DNA of 64,000 nt, taken from an uncultured Acidobacteriota bacterium (GTDB taxonomy: Bacteria; Acidobacteriota; Thermoanaerobaculia; Multivoradales; JAGPDF01). Each line of letters begins with the position of its first letter. The first letter of the stretch is position 1. The DNA is taken from assembly GCA_963781755.1 (NCBI GenBank), contig CAWAGZ010000013.1, forward strand, positions 65,749-129,748, written 5' to 3'. The translations under genes and the position numbers were made by a program. The notes beneath the pieces were generated by a model that had not been told where the DNA came from, searched no databases, and saw nothing but the letters and a program-made list of their open reading frames with translations. Shown piece by piece: positions 19,187-28,737 of the stretch.

Positions 19187-20541
19187 TGCCCCAGAACCCG
19201 TCCCGAGACACCTGCGGCGTTCCCGCCGGCGAGCTGCTGAGATTCGCGGCCGGGGAGTCGAGCGGAACCGAGCGGAGACGCATTCTGGAGCACGTGCTCG
19301 CCGGCTGCGAGCGCTGCCGCGAGTCGCTCGACGCGCTGCGCCAGTTGCGCGAGGACGGCCAGGCCGCCGCGGCCGAAGCCGAAGATTCGCCGTCGATCAG
19401 CCGGATCCTCGCCAATCTCGGCGAGCGGGCGGCGCGGATCGAGCGCGAGCGGGCCGAGGCCGCCGTCCAGCTCGAGGACTTCGCGACCCATCCGTACGCC
19501 CGCCAGTGGACGCTCGTCCGCAACAGCCACCGGTTCGACACCTGGAGCTTCTGCGCCGGTCTGCTCGAGGACGCCTTCGAGGCGATGTACGACGATCCGC
19601 GCCGTTCGCTCGAGCTCGCCTCGATGGCGCGCGAGATCGCCGAGCGCCTCGATCCGGAGCCTTACGGCGAACGGTCGGTCCTGGATCTGCGCGGGCGCGC
19701 CTGGGCGCATGTCGGCAACGCCCACCGCGCGCTCGGCGACCTCACCGCCGCCGACCAGGACCTCGGCCGCGCCCGCGAGCTGCTCGAGGAGGGCACCGGC
19801 GATCCGCTCGACGAGGCCGAGCTGCTCTATTTCGAGGCCTCGCTGCTGCGCGGCCAGCGCAATCTGCAGGGCGCGCTGCGCAAGGTCCGCCGTTCGGCCC
19901 GTCTCTACCGCGAGCTGGGCGACGAGCACCTCGAGGGACGCTGCCTGGTCAACGAGTCGAACATCCTCCACGTCGCGGGGCGCGCCGAGGAGTCGATCCT
20001 CAAGTGCCGGGAGGCGCTGGCCAAGGTCGATTCCACCCGCGACCGTCACCTCGAGCTGGCGGCACGCCACAATCTCGCGTGGGCCTTGGTCGATGCCGGA
20101 GAGGTCGATCAGGCGCTGCGGTCGCTGGCCGAGTTCCGGAGCTCCTACCAGGAGCTCGGCGATCAGGCTTCCCTGCTCCGTCTCCAGTGGCTCGAGGCCC
20201 ACATCTGCCAGAAGCTGGACCGGATTCCGGAAGCCGAGGAGCGGTTCCGCGCGACCATCGACGGCTTCGCCGTCGCCGAGCTCCCCTACGAGGTCGCCAA
20301 GAGCTCGCTCGATCTCGCGCTGCTCGAGGTCACCGCCGAGAAGCCCGAGGAGGTCAAGCGCATCGCCGGGGACACCCTCGTGCTGTTCCGCTCCCTGGGT
20401 GTCGCGCGCGAGGCGATCGGAGCGTGGATGGTCTTCCAGCAGGCTGCCGAGGCCGAGGCTGTCAGCGGAGCCCTGATCGAGCGTCTGGCCCGCTACTACG
20501 CCGAGGCACGGCTGCGTCCCGAGCTCCGTTTCGAGACCTGA
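19186..20541 (+). CDS. Anti-sigma factor with an N-terminal zinc-finger (ZAS-like) and C-terminal TPR-like repeats.
   Basis: HVLAGCERCRESL H/CxxC motif; the ATG overlaps the sigma-factor stop (TGATG) with an AAGGAGG SD; long helical repeat region. Confidence 0.7.
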   Translation: MPQNPSRDTCGVPAGELLRFAAGESSGTERRRILEHVLAGCERCRESLDALRQLREDGQAAAAEAEDSPSISRILANLGERAARIERERAEAAVQLEDFATHPYARQWTLVRNSHRFDTWSFCAGLLEDAFEAMYDDPRRSLELASMAREIAERLDPEPYGERSVLDLRGRAWAHVGNAHRALGDLTAADQDLGRARELLEEGTGDPLDEAELLYFEASLLRGQRNLQGALRKVRRSARLYRELGDEHLEGRCLVNESNILHVAGRAEESILKCREALAKVDSTRDRHLELAARHNLAWALVDAGEVDQALRSLAEFRSSYQELGDQASLLRLQWLEAHICQKLDRIPEAEERFRATIDGFAVAELPYEVAKSSLDLALLEVTAEKPEEVKRIAGDTLVLFRSLGVAREAIGAWMVFQQAAEAEAVSGALIERLARYYAEARLRPELRFET

Positions 20542-20576
20542 GCCGCGCGCCGCAGCGCGCGCCCACCGTCATCGTC

Positions 20577-21962
20577 TCAGTAGAAGGGCTCGAGCTCCGG
20601 CCACGAGTCGGACTCGAGCGTGGCCTTGACGTCGTTCATGAAGTGATCGGCGTCCGCGCCGTCGACCAGGCGATGGTCGTAGGTGATCCCGAAATAGGAC
20701 ATGACCCGGATCGCGATCGTGTCGCATCCGTCGGCGTCCGTGACCACCACCGGCCGCTTCTCGATCGTCCCGATGCCGAGGATCGCCACCTGCGGCTGAT
20801 TGATCACCGGGGTGCCGAAGAGCGAGCCGAAGACGCCGGGATTGGTGATCGTGAACGTCCCGCCCTTGAGCTCGTCGGGGCCGAGTTTCTTGCTCCGGGC
20901 CCGGTCGGCGAGGTCGTTGGCCGTCCGAGCCAGTCCGATCAGGTTCATCTCGTCCGCGTGCCGGATCACCGGCACCACCAGCCCCCGATCGAGCGCGACC
21001 GCCATGCCCAGGTTGATGTCCTTCTTGAACACGATATTGGTGCCGTCGATCGCGGCGTTGACCTTGGGGTTGACCTTGAGCCCGTTGCACACCGACTTGA
21101 AGATGAACGGCATGTAGCTGAGCTTGGTGCCGTTGACCTCCAGGAACTTCCGCTTGGCCCGCTCCCGCGCCCGGTGGACCTTGGTGAAGTCCATGTGGAA
21201 GACGGTCGTGACGTGAGCCGAAGTGTCCTTCGAGTAGCGCATGTGCGCGGCGGTGATCTGCCGGATCTTGGACATCGGCTCGATCACCACGTTCTCGTCC
21301 GGCGTGTACGCCGGCACGTAGAAGCCGCCCGGCGCCCGGGCGGGCTGCGTCGGCGCGGCAGTGGCCGCCGTTCGCGCTCCCTGCGCTCCTCCGGCCGGCT
21401 GCTGCTCGACGTAGGAGAGGATGTCGCGCTTCGTGACCCGGCTGTGGACTCCGGTACCCTGAACCTGGGCGAGGTCGACTCCGTGCTCGCGCGCGATGTT
21501 GCGCACCAGCGGCGACGAGAGCCGACGGAGCCGATCCTCCAGGGATCCCGCTCCTGGAGACGCGGGCGCCGCGGCCGGTATGGCGCGGGCGGAAGCCGTC
21601 GCGGCCGCAACCGGAGCGGGCGCGGGCGCAACCGGCGCGGGCGCCGCCGCGGCCGGAGCGGGAGCCGGGGGCGACTTCGTCGCCGCCGCGGGCTGCGCCG
21701 GGGCAGCCGGAGTCGTCGACTCCCCGCTCTCCCCGATCACCGCCACCACCGCGGCCACCGGCACCGTCTCGCCCGACTGGTTGCGGATCTCCAGCAGCAC
21801 GCCCGACGCCGGGCTCGGAATCTCCGCGTCCACCTTGTCCGTCGAGATCTCGAACAGCGGCTGGTCCCGCTCCACCGTCTCGCCCACCTTCACCAGCCAC
21901 TTCGTGATCGTCCCTTCGGCGATCGACTCACCCATCTGAGGCATCACGACTTCCGTCGCCAT
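20577..21962 (-). CDS. Dihydrolipoamide acyltransferase (E2) of a 2-oxoacid dehydrogenase complex.
   Basis: Lipoyl domain (EISTDKVDAEIPSPASG), an Ala/Pro linker, a peripheral subunit-binding domain, and a catalytic domain with DHRLVDGADADHF. Confidence 0.9.
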   Translation of the reverse strand: MATEVVMPQMGESIAEGTITKWLVKVGETVERDQPLFEISTDKVDAEIPSPASGVLLEIRNQSGETVPVAAVVAVIGESGESTTPAAPAQPAAATKSPPAPAPAAAAPAPVAPAPAPVAAATASARAIPAAAPASPGAGSLEDRLRRLSSPLVRNIAREHGVDLAQVQGTGVHSRVTKRDILSYVEQQPAGGAQGARTAATAAPTQPARAPGGFYVPAYTPDENVVIEPMSKIRQITAAHMRYSKDTSAHVTTVFHMDFTKVHRARERAKRKFLEVNGTKLSYMPFIFKSVCNGLKVNPKVNAAIDGTNIVFKKDINLGMAVALDRGLVVPVIRHADEMNLIGLARTANDLADRARSKKLGPDELKGGTFTITNPGVFGSLFGTPVINQPQVAILGIGTIEKRPVVVTDADGCDTIAIRVMSYFGITYDHRLVDGADADHFMNDVKATLESDSWPELEPFY

Positions 21963-21971
21963 CGCTCGTCG
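21621..21971. repeat. Direct repeat copy 1 (~350 bp): the lipoyl-domain coding 5' end of E2 plus 9 bp upstream.
   Basis: Identical to 28080..28429 apart from one mismatch (tcccttcgg vs tcccctcgg). Confidence 0.85.
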
Positions 21972-22066
21972 TCTCCCGGGTCCTCATCGCGCTCGCCGCT
22001 GGCGCCCGGCGGGGCTGTGGCAGCGCGAACGCACACCTTATCAGCCCGACCCTGCGGCCCGGAGCG

Positions 22067-22100
22067 CGAAAACGGCCGCCGGGTCACCCCGGCGGCCGCC
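22067..22100 (-). terminator. Rho-independent terminator downstream of the lipoprotein gene.
   Basis: Minus-strand GGCGGCCGCCGGG-GTGA-CCCGGCGGCCG followed by TTTTCG. Confidence 0.55.
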
Positions 22101-22129
22101 GTTCTCGGATGGGTGCTCTGAATCCAGGC

Positions 22130-22516
22130 TCAGAAGGTGCAGCCGTAAGCCGCCATCGAAGTCTTTGCGGCGTCCATCGCCTGCGTGCACGCGGTGGCGA
22201 GTCCGGCCTTGCCGGTCTCGGTCGCGGCCGCCTGCTGCCAGGCCGCCCGGGTCTGATCGAACGCCGACTGCAGCTGCTCCTTGGCCGCCTCCGGCACGTG
22301 CTCGTCGATGCAGGCCAGGTACTTCTGCACGTAGTCGTCGCACTCCGGGACACCGAAGGACGCCTCGGCCGCGGGCGCTTCCTCCGCGGCCGGAGCCGCC
22401 TCGGTCGCGGCGGGCTGCTCCGCCGCCGGTGCCGGGGCGGGGGCCGGAGCCTGCTTCTGGCATGCGGCGAACAGCGCCAGCACCGCGACGATCGACAGGA
22501 TCTCTCTACGAACCAT
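22130..22516 (-). CDS. Small lipoprotein (signal peptide + lipobox LFAAC), function unknown.
   Basis: AAGAGGAGG SD; Ala/Pro/Glu-rich linker, then a Cys-containing C-terminal domain. Confidence 0.6.
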   Translation of the reverse strand: MVRREILSIVAVLALFAACQKQAPAPAPAPAAEQPAATEAAPAAEEAPAAEASFGVPECDDYVQKYLACIDEHVPEAAKEQLQSAFDQTRAAWQQAAATETGKAGLATACTQAMDAAKTSMAAYGCTF

Positions 22517-22630
22517 GGTGGACCTCCTCTTCAGTCGAAATCGAAAAAGTAGTGGGAGTCTACAACGCGGGACTCTTCCGGTACACGCGATCGATGACGA
22601 AACAGGGACAGGCGCCGGCCGGGTACGGGC

Positions 22631-23605
22631 TCAGGTCCGCACCAGGTCGCGGATTCTCTCCACCAGCTTTTGGGCGTTCGGTAGGTAGAACTCCTCGAGC
22701 GGCGGACTGTAGGGCACCGGCGTGTCCGGGCAGCCCAGGCGAGCGACCGGCGCGTCCAGGAACCAGAACCCCTTCTCTGCGATGCGCGCCGCGACGTCCC
22801 CGGCGACGCTGCCGGTGGCCGGCTCCTCCGAGAGGACCAGGGCGCGACTCGTCCTGCGCACCGAGGCCAGGACCGTCTCCTCGTCCATCGGCTTGAGCGT
22901 GCGCAGGTCGACGACCTCGACCTCGACCCCTTCGTCCGCCAGGACCTGAGCGGCCTCGAGCGCGACGTGGACCATCGCCGCCCAGGTCACCACGGTCGCA
23001 TCGCGTCCCTCGCGCGCGATCCTCGCCCGGCCGATCGGAACCGTCTCCGCTCCCTCGGCGAGCACGCCCTTGATCCGGCGGTAGAGGAACTTGTGCTCGA
23101 AGAAGAGCACCGGGTTCGGGTCGCGGATCGCGGATCGCAGCAGACCGTAAGCGTCCTCCACCGTCGAAGGGCAGACGATCTTGAGCCCGGGCGCGCGGTG
23201 GAAGTAGGCCTCGGGATTGCCGCTGTGGAACGCCGAGCCGTGGACGCCGCCGCCCGAAGGCCCGCGCAGCACCACCGGGACAGGTTGCCCCCACCGGTAA
23301 CGGTTGGTGCCGGCGAAGTTGACGATCATGTCGAAGGCGTTGGCGATGAAGTCGATGAACTGGAACTCGACCACCGGCCGCAGGCCCATCATCGCCGCGC
23401 CGATCGCCGCGCCGGTGAAGCCGGACTCGGAGATCGGGGTGTCTACGATCCGGCGCGGGCCGAACTCCTCCAGCAGCCCCGCGGTCACCTTGAACGCGCC
23501 GCCGTAGCGCCCGATGTCCTCGCCGATCAGGAAGACCCGGTCGTCGGCGCGCATCTCGTCCTGGAGGCCCTTCCGGACCGCTTCCAGGTAGGTGATCTCG
23601 GTCAC
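22631..23605 (-). CDS. 2-oxoacid dehydrogenase E1 component beta subunit (transketolase-like).
   Basis: GTG start (VTEITYLEAV...) inside track ORF 22631..23797; FLIGEDIG...GGAFKVT...ESGFTGAAIGAA. Confidence 0.9.
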   Translation of the reverse strand: MTEITYLEAVRKGLQDEMRADDRVFLIGEDIGRYGGAFKVTAGLLEEFGPRRIVDTPISESGFTGAAIGAAMMGLRPVVEFQFIDFIANAFDMIVNFAGTNRYRWGQPVPVVLRGPSGGGVHGSAFHSGNPEAYFHRAPGLKIVCPSTVEDAYGLLRSAIRDPNPVLFFEHKFLYRRIKGVLAEGAETVPIGRARIAREGRDATVVTWAAMVHVALEAAQVLADEGVEVEVVDLRTLKPMDEETVLASVRRTSRALVLSEEPATGSVAGDVAARIAEKGFWFLDAPVARLGCPDTPVPYSPPLEEFYLPNAQKLVERIRDLVRT

Positions 23606-24645
23606 CCCTCCGTCTCCTCGTAGACTCCCTCGAGCGCGCGCTCGGCGGGGGGCAGCGGGCTGGCGAGCGCGAAGTCGACGTCGGCGTCCAGCTCGCGGTC
23701 CAGCTCGGAGACGATCGCCTCGAGCTCCTCGCGCCCGGCCAGCCCGCTCTCGAGCAGGTGGCTCTCGAAGCGGGCGATGGGGTCCTTCTCCCGCCACTCC
23801 GCGAACAGCTCCGGCGGCACGTACGAAGCGTCGTCGTGCTCGGCGTGCCCCTTCATGCGGAAGGTCTTGACCTCGATCATCTGCGCGCCGGCGCCGCGGC
23901 GCGCCGCCTCGACCGCGGTCCGCGTGGCCTCGTAGACCGCCAGCACGTCGTTGCCGTCGACGATCCGGGCCGGGATCCCGTAGGCCGCGGCGCGCTGCGC
24001 GAGGTCGCGGATCTTCATCTGGCGCGAGGTCGGCGTCGAGTAGGCGTAGCCGTTGTGCTCGGCGATGACCACCAGGGGCACCTCGAGCACCGCGGCGAGG
24101 TTCATGCCCTCGTGGAAGTCGCCGGTGGAGGTCCCGCCGTCGCCGATGTAGGTCAGGGCGACGAAATCCCGGCCGAGGTAACGGGAGGCGAAGGCGACGC
24201 CGGTCATCACCGGGATCAGGGCGCCGAGCATGGAGATCGGCGAGATCAATCCGCGCGACAGGTCGCCGAAGTGGAGATTGCAGTCCTTGCCGCCGGTCGG
24301 GCTGGTCGCCCGGGCCATGTACTGGGTGAAGACCTCCCGCGGCCTCACTCCGCGCACGAGGAGCGAGCCCAGGTTGCGGATCAGCGGCGCCAGGACGTCG
24401 TCGGCTTCGAGCGCGAACGCCGAGCCGACGGACACGGCCTCCTGGCCGCGCGAGGAGTAGAGACCTCCCACCACCTTGCCCTGGCGGTAGAGGTTCGTGA
24501 GCCGGTCCTCGACCCGGCGGTTGAGCTGGAGGAAGCGGTAGAGCTCGAGCTGGCGCTCGCGCTTCAGCGTCGTCGGGGCCAGTTCTTCGCGGGCCCGGTC
24601 GGTGCTGGGGTGGAGCGGGCCGTAGTCGCCGTCGAGTGCGGTCAT
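23602..24645 (-). CDS. 2-oxoacid dehydrogenase E1 component alpha subunit (TPP-binding).
   Basis: YIGDGGTSTGDFHEGMNLAA, a TPP-binding motif; the stop overlaps the E1beta GTG (GTGA). Confidence 0.9.
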   Translation of the reverse strand: MTALDGDYGPLHPSTDRAREELAPTTLKRERQLELYRFLQLNRRVEDRLTNLYRQGKVVGGLYSSRGQEAVSVGSAFALEADDVLAPLIRNLGSLLVRGVRPREVFTQYMARATSPTGGKDCNLHFGDLSRGLISPISMLGALIPVMTGVAFASRYLGRDFVALTYIGDGGTSTGDFHEGMNLAAVLEVPLVVIAEHNGYAYSTPTSRQMKIRDLAQRAAAYGIPARIVDGNDVLAVYEATRTAVEAARRGAGAQMIEVKTFRMKGHAEHDDASYVPPELFAEWREKDPIARFESHLLESGLAGREELEAIVSELDRELDADVDFALASPLPPAERALEGVYEETEG

Positions 24646-24688
24646 GCGTCGTCGCCGACTCTACCGCGAACGGCGCGGGGTCCGCGTC

Positions 24689-26635
24689 TCAATCCCCGGC
24701 CTCGAGCGCCTCGTGCACCTTCTCGAGCAGCCGGCGCGGCGAGAAGGGCTTCTGGACGACCGGGAAGGTGCGCCCGAGCGGAGCGCCGATACCGACCACC
24801 TCCTCGGCGTAGCCGGACGAGAGCAGGACGCGGGCGTCCGGCCAGCGCTCGAGCAGGCGACGGACCAGGTCGACTCCGCCCGGACCGGGGACCAGGAAGT
24901 CGATGAGCAGAAGCTCGACCGGCTCCGCCGACCGCCGAGCCAGGGCGAACGCCTCCGCGGCGCCGCCCGCCTCGAGAACGCGGTAGCCGGAGCCTTCCAG
25001 CGTCCTGCGGACGATACGCCGCACGGCGGCGTCGTCGTCGACGACCAGCACTGTGGGGGCTTCGGCGCGGCCGATCGTCTCCGGCGGCTCCCGGAGGATC
25101 TCCTCGGGGCCCGCCGACGCTTCGGCGGTCGGCAGGTAGACGGTGAAGACCGATCCGCGCCCGACCTGCGACGTCAGGGCCATCGATCCCCCGCTCTGGC
25201 GCACGATCCCGTAAACCGAAGAGAGTCCGAGACCGGTGCCCTTACCCGGCTCCTTGGTGGTGAAGAAGGGCTCGAAGATGAGCTCGCGGATCTCGGCCGG
25301 GATGCCGCCGCCGGTGTCCGCGACCCGCAGCTCGACGTAGCTGCCCGGCGCCAGGCCGACGGCAGCGGCTTCATCCGCGTCGAGCTCGACCGCAGAAGAG
25401 GCGATGGTGAGCCGCCCGCCGCTCGGCATGGCGTCGCGCGCATTGAGCGCGAGGTTGAGCAGGACCTGCTGCATCTGGCTGGCGTCGACGTACACGGGCT
25501 CGAGCCGCTGGGCGAGGCGCAGCGCGATCTCGACGTCCTCGCCCAGGATCCGGCGCAGGATCTTCTCGACCTGGCCGACGACCTCGTTGAGATCGGTCGA
25601 CGCCGGCCGCAGCACCTGCCGGCGGCCGAAGGCGAGGAGCCGGCGCGTCAGCTCCGCCGCCCGCTCCGAGGCTCTGAGGATCTGGGCGATCGCCGCCTGG
25701 TGGTCGTCCGACTCCGGAAGACCGTGCTGGACGAGCTCGCCGTAACCTTGGATCACCGTCAGCAGGTTGTTGAAGTCGTGCGCGATGCCCCCGGCCAGAC
25801 GTCCGATCGCTTCCATCTTCTGGGCCTGGAGGAGCTGCTCGCGCGCGGCCAGCAGCTTCGACTCCGTGTCCTTGAAGTCCGTGATGTCGGCGGCGACGCC
25901 GCGCAGGCCGACGATCCGGCCCTCGCGCTCGATCGTCCGGCCGAAACTTCGGACCCAACGGATCGCTCCATTGCGATGGCGGACCCGGTACTCCAGGGGC
26001 ACCGCCTCACCCGTCTCGAACGCCCTGGTGACGAAGTCGGTCACCGTCGCCCGGTCTGCGGGAACCACCATCTCGAGCCAAGGTGTCCCGACCAGCTCAT
26101 CGGCCCGGTAGCCGAGCGCCGGCTCGATCGAGGGGCTCAAGAAGGAGAACCGGCCCGCGGCGTCGAGCTCGAACAGGACGTCGTTGAGCTCCTCGACCAG
26201 CTCGCGGTAGCGCGCCTCCGACTCGCGCAGCGCCGCTTCGACGCCCTCGCGGGAGCTCACGTCCAGGACCGCGACGAGCCGCCCGGGGCGGCCCTCCCAT
26301 TCCAGCGGCTGGCTCGCGATCTCCGCCCGCAGCTCTTCGCCCCGCCGGGTGCGGTGAATCCAGACGCCGGAAGTCTCGGCGCCCGGCGGCGCCTCGCGCA
26401 CCGACCGCTCGAGCCGGCCCACCTCGACCTCGGGTCGGATGTCGCGGATGGTCATGGCGAGGAACTCCTGGCGCGACCAGCCGTAGCGGGCGACCGCCGC
26501 CCGGTTGACGGCGAGGAAGGCGAGGGTCTCGACGTCGTAGACCCACATCGGCAGCGGATTGGCTTCGAACAGGAGCCGGTTCTCCGCCGCGTTCTCTCCC
26601 GCGGACGGATCGGGCTTCGCCTTCCGGGCGGTCAC
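24689..26635 (-). CDS. PAS-domain hybrid sensor histidine kinase / response-regulator receiver.
   Basis: Two PAS-like segments, HisKA ([15 protein letters not shown]), HATPase ([12 protein letters not shown]...DTGGGIP...GTGLGLS), and a C-terminal REC (VLVVDDD...LLIDFLVPG...K). Embedded between the E3 and E1alpha genes. Confidence 0.85.
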   Translation of the reverse strand: MTARKAKPDPSAGENAAENRLLFEANPLPMWVYDVETLAFLAVNRAAVARYGWSRQEFLAMTIRDIRPEVEVGRLERSVREAPPGAETSGVWIHRTRRGEELRAEIASQPLEWEGRPGRLVAVLDVSSREGVEAALRESEARYRELVEELNDVLFELDAAGRFSFLSPSIEPALGYRADELVGTPWLEMVVPADRATVTDFVTRAFETGEAVPLEYRVRHRNGAIRWVRSFGRTIEREGRIVGLRGVAADITDFKDTESKLLAAREQLLQAQKMEAIGRLAGGIAHDFNNLLTVIQGYGELVQHGLPESDDHQAAIAQILRASERAAELTRRLLAFGRRQVLRPASTDLNEVVGQVEKILRRILGEDVEIALRLAQRLEPVYVDASQMQQVLLNLALNARDAMPSGGRLTIASSAVELDADEAAAVGLAPGSYVELRVADTGGGIPAEIRELIFEPFFTTKEPGKGTGLGLSSVYGIVRQSGGSMALTSQVGRGSVFTVYLPTAEASAGPEEILREPPETIGRAEAPTVLVVDDDAAVRRIVRRTLEGSGYRVLEAGGAAEAFALARRSAEPVELLLIDFLVPGPGGVDLVRRLLERWPDARVLLSSGYAEEVVGIGAPLGRTFPVVQKPFSPRRLLEKVHEALEAGD

Positions 26636-26648
26636 GGGCGGCTCCGGC

Positions 26649-28421
26649 TCAGGAGTGGATGGCGTGGCCGAGCGCGGCGTGCGCGGCCTCCATGACGGCC
26701 TCCGAGAGCGTCGGGTGCGCGTGAATGGTGCGCATCAGCTCCTCGGTGGTGACCTCGCCGTGGAGCGCCACTCCCGCCTCGGCGATCAGGTCGGTCGCGT
26801 GCGGACCGATGATGTGAACGCCCAGGATCTCGTCGTACCGGGTCTCGCGGACGATCTTGACGAAGCCGCCGGTCTGGCCCAGGATCCGGGCCTTGCCGCT
26901 GGCCATGAAGCTGAACTTCCCGACCGCCACGTCGTAGCCGCGCTCGCGTGCCTTGGCTTCGGTCAGCCCGACGCTGGCCACTTCCGGATCGCAGTAGGTG
27001 CACGACGGCGTCTGGTCGTAGTCGAGCGGTCGCACGTCGAGCCCCGCCATGTGCTCGACGGCGAGGATCCCCTCCGCCGAGGCGACGTGCGCCAGCCAGG
27101 GCGTGTTGACCACGTCGCCGATGGCGTAGACGCCCGCCGCCGAGGTGCGCATCAGCGGATCGATCCGGACGTAGCCCCGGTCGAGCTCGACGCCCAGCTG
27201 CTCGAGCCCCAGGTCCTCGGTGACCGGCGCCCGGCCCACGGCGACGAGCAGCAGCTCGGTCTCGAGCTGGATCTCCTTCGTGCCTTGGCGCAATGACATG
27301 CGCACCCCGGACTCGGTCTGCTCCGCCGTCTCGAGCTGGGTCGAGGTCAGGACCTTGATGTCGCGCTTCCGGAACTGCCGCTCGAGCTCCTTGGACACCT
27401 CTTCGTCCTCGATCGGCAGCGCCCGCGGCAGCATCTCGACCAGGGTCACCTCGGCGCCGAACGAGCGGAACACGGAGGCGAACTCGGTGCCCACCGCCCC
27501 GGCGCCCAGGACCGCGATCGACTTGGGGACCCGCTCGAGCTCGAGCAGATGATCCGAGTTGAGGATCCGCTCGCCGTCGGTCGGCGCGACCCGGATCTCG
27601 CGCGGGACCGAGCCCGTGGCGATCAGGACGAAGCGGGTCGAGAGCGTCCGGGTCGAGCCGTCCTTCGCCGCGACCTCGACCGCGTGCGGCCCGGAAAGAC
27701 GGCCGCGGCCGTGGATCCCCTCGACCTTGTACTTCTTGAACAGGCTCTCGATCCCCTTGGCGCTCTTGTCCACGACGCCGCGCTTGTACTCGTGGACCTT
27801 CGCCACGTCGAGGGTGGGCTCGCCGACGCCGACGCCGAACTGGTCGGCGTGCCGGATTCCGTCGAGCACCTCGGCCGAGTGCAGGAGCGCCTTGGTCGGG
27901 ATGCAGCCGCGGTGGGTGCAGGTCCCGCCGAACTTGGGGTCCTTCTCGACGCAGGCCACCCGGAGCCCGAGCTGGCCGGCGCGGATGGCGGCGACGTAGC
28001 CGCCCGGCCCGCTGCCCACGATCACCAGGTCGTAGTCGAAGTCGCCGGCGGCGGCCTCCGGCGGCGACGCCTTCGCCGCCGCGGGCGCAACCGGCGCGGG
28101 CGCCGCCGCGGCCGGAGCGGGAGCCGGGGGCGACTTCGTCGCCGCCGCGGGCTGCGCCGGGGCAGCCGGAGTCGTCGACTCCCCGCTCTCCCCGATCACC
28201 GCCACCACCGCGGCCACCGGCACCGTCTCGCCCGACTGGTTGCGGATCTCCAGCAGCACGCCCGACGCCGGGCTCGGAATCTCCGCGTCCACCTTGTCCG
28301 TCGAGATCTCGAACAGCGGCTGGTCCCGCTCCACCGTCTCGCCCACCTTCACCAGCCACTTCGTGATCGTCCCCTCGGCGATCGACTCACCCATCTGAGG
28401 CATCACGACTTCCGTCGCCAT
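26649..28421 (-). CDS. lpd: Dihydrolipoamide dehydrogenase (E3) with an N-terminal lipoyl domain.
   Basis: Residues 1-~115 are identical to the E2 lipoyl domain; then FAD/NAD Rossmann (DLVIVGSGPGGYVAAIRA), a redox-active disulfide (GGTCTHRGCIPTK) and a dimerisation domain (HAHPTLSE). Confidence 0.9.
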   Translation of the reverse strand: MATEVVMPQMGESIAEGTITKWLVKVGETVERDQPLFEISTDKVDAEIPSPASGVLLEIRNQSGETVPVAAVVAVIGESGESTTPAAPAQPAAATKSPPAPAPAAAAPAPVAPAAAKASPPEAAAGDFDYDLVIVGSGPGGYVAAIRAGQLGLRVACVEKDPKFGGTCTHRGCIPTKALLHSAEVLDGIRHADQFGVGVGEPTLDVAKVHEYKRGVVDKSAKGIESLFKKYKVEGIHGRGRLSGPHAVEVAAKDGSTRTLSTRFVLIATGSVPREIRVAPTDGERILNSDHLLELERVPKSIAVLGAGAVGTEFASVFRSFGAEVTLVEMLPRALPIEDEEVSKELERQFRKRDIKVLTSTQLETAEQTESGVRMSLRQGTKEIQLETELLLVAVGRAPVTEDLGLEQLGVELDRGYVRIDPLMRTSAAGVYAIGDVVNTPWLAHVASAEGILAVEHMAGLDVRPLDYDQTPSCTYCDPEVASVGLTEAKARERGYDVAVGKFSFMASGKARILGQTGGFVKIVRETRYDEILGVHIIGPHATDLIAEAGVALHGEVTTEELMRTIHAHPTLSEAVMEAAHAALGHAIHS

Positions 28422-28429
28422 CGCTCGTC
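28080..28429. repeat. Direct repeat copy 2 (~350 bp): the lipoyl-domain coding 5' end of E3 plus 9 bp upstream.
   Basis: See copy 1 (21621..21971). Confidence 0.85.
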
Positions 28430-28737
28430 TCCAACTCCGCTTCCGTCGCTTCGTCTCGAGGATCCGGGACGACCCTCCCGGAAGGATCCGTACCTTATCA
28501 GCCGCGCTGGACCGTGAAGGTGCGGCGGTGTCCGGTCAGGCCGAGGGAGGCGACGTCCGGAACGCGTCGGCATGCTCCTCCGGAACCGGTTCGGGCCTCT
28601 CGCAATGGAGGGCCCCGGGCCCTCACCTGCGCTCCTCGGGACGCTTGACCGGGACTGCTCGGCGATTCGAGGGAGCGCGCCCTCGTCGAGCTTCCTCCGG
28701 AGCATGCCGACGCGTTCCGGACGCCGCCCTCGAGGTC

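Noticed and set aside
20569-21900. Track ORFs 20569..21900 and 26632..28359 (both minus strand) share an identical N-terminus (MAGEGGRDGGAGPAAVRDLDGQGG...), suggesting another duplicated gene.
   Set aside because: They are alternative-frame readings of the same 350-bp DNA repeat that encodes the E2/E3 lipoyl domains, not independent genes.
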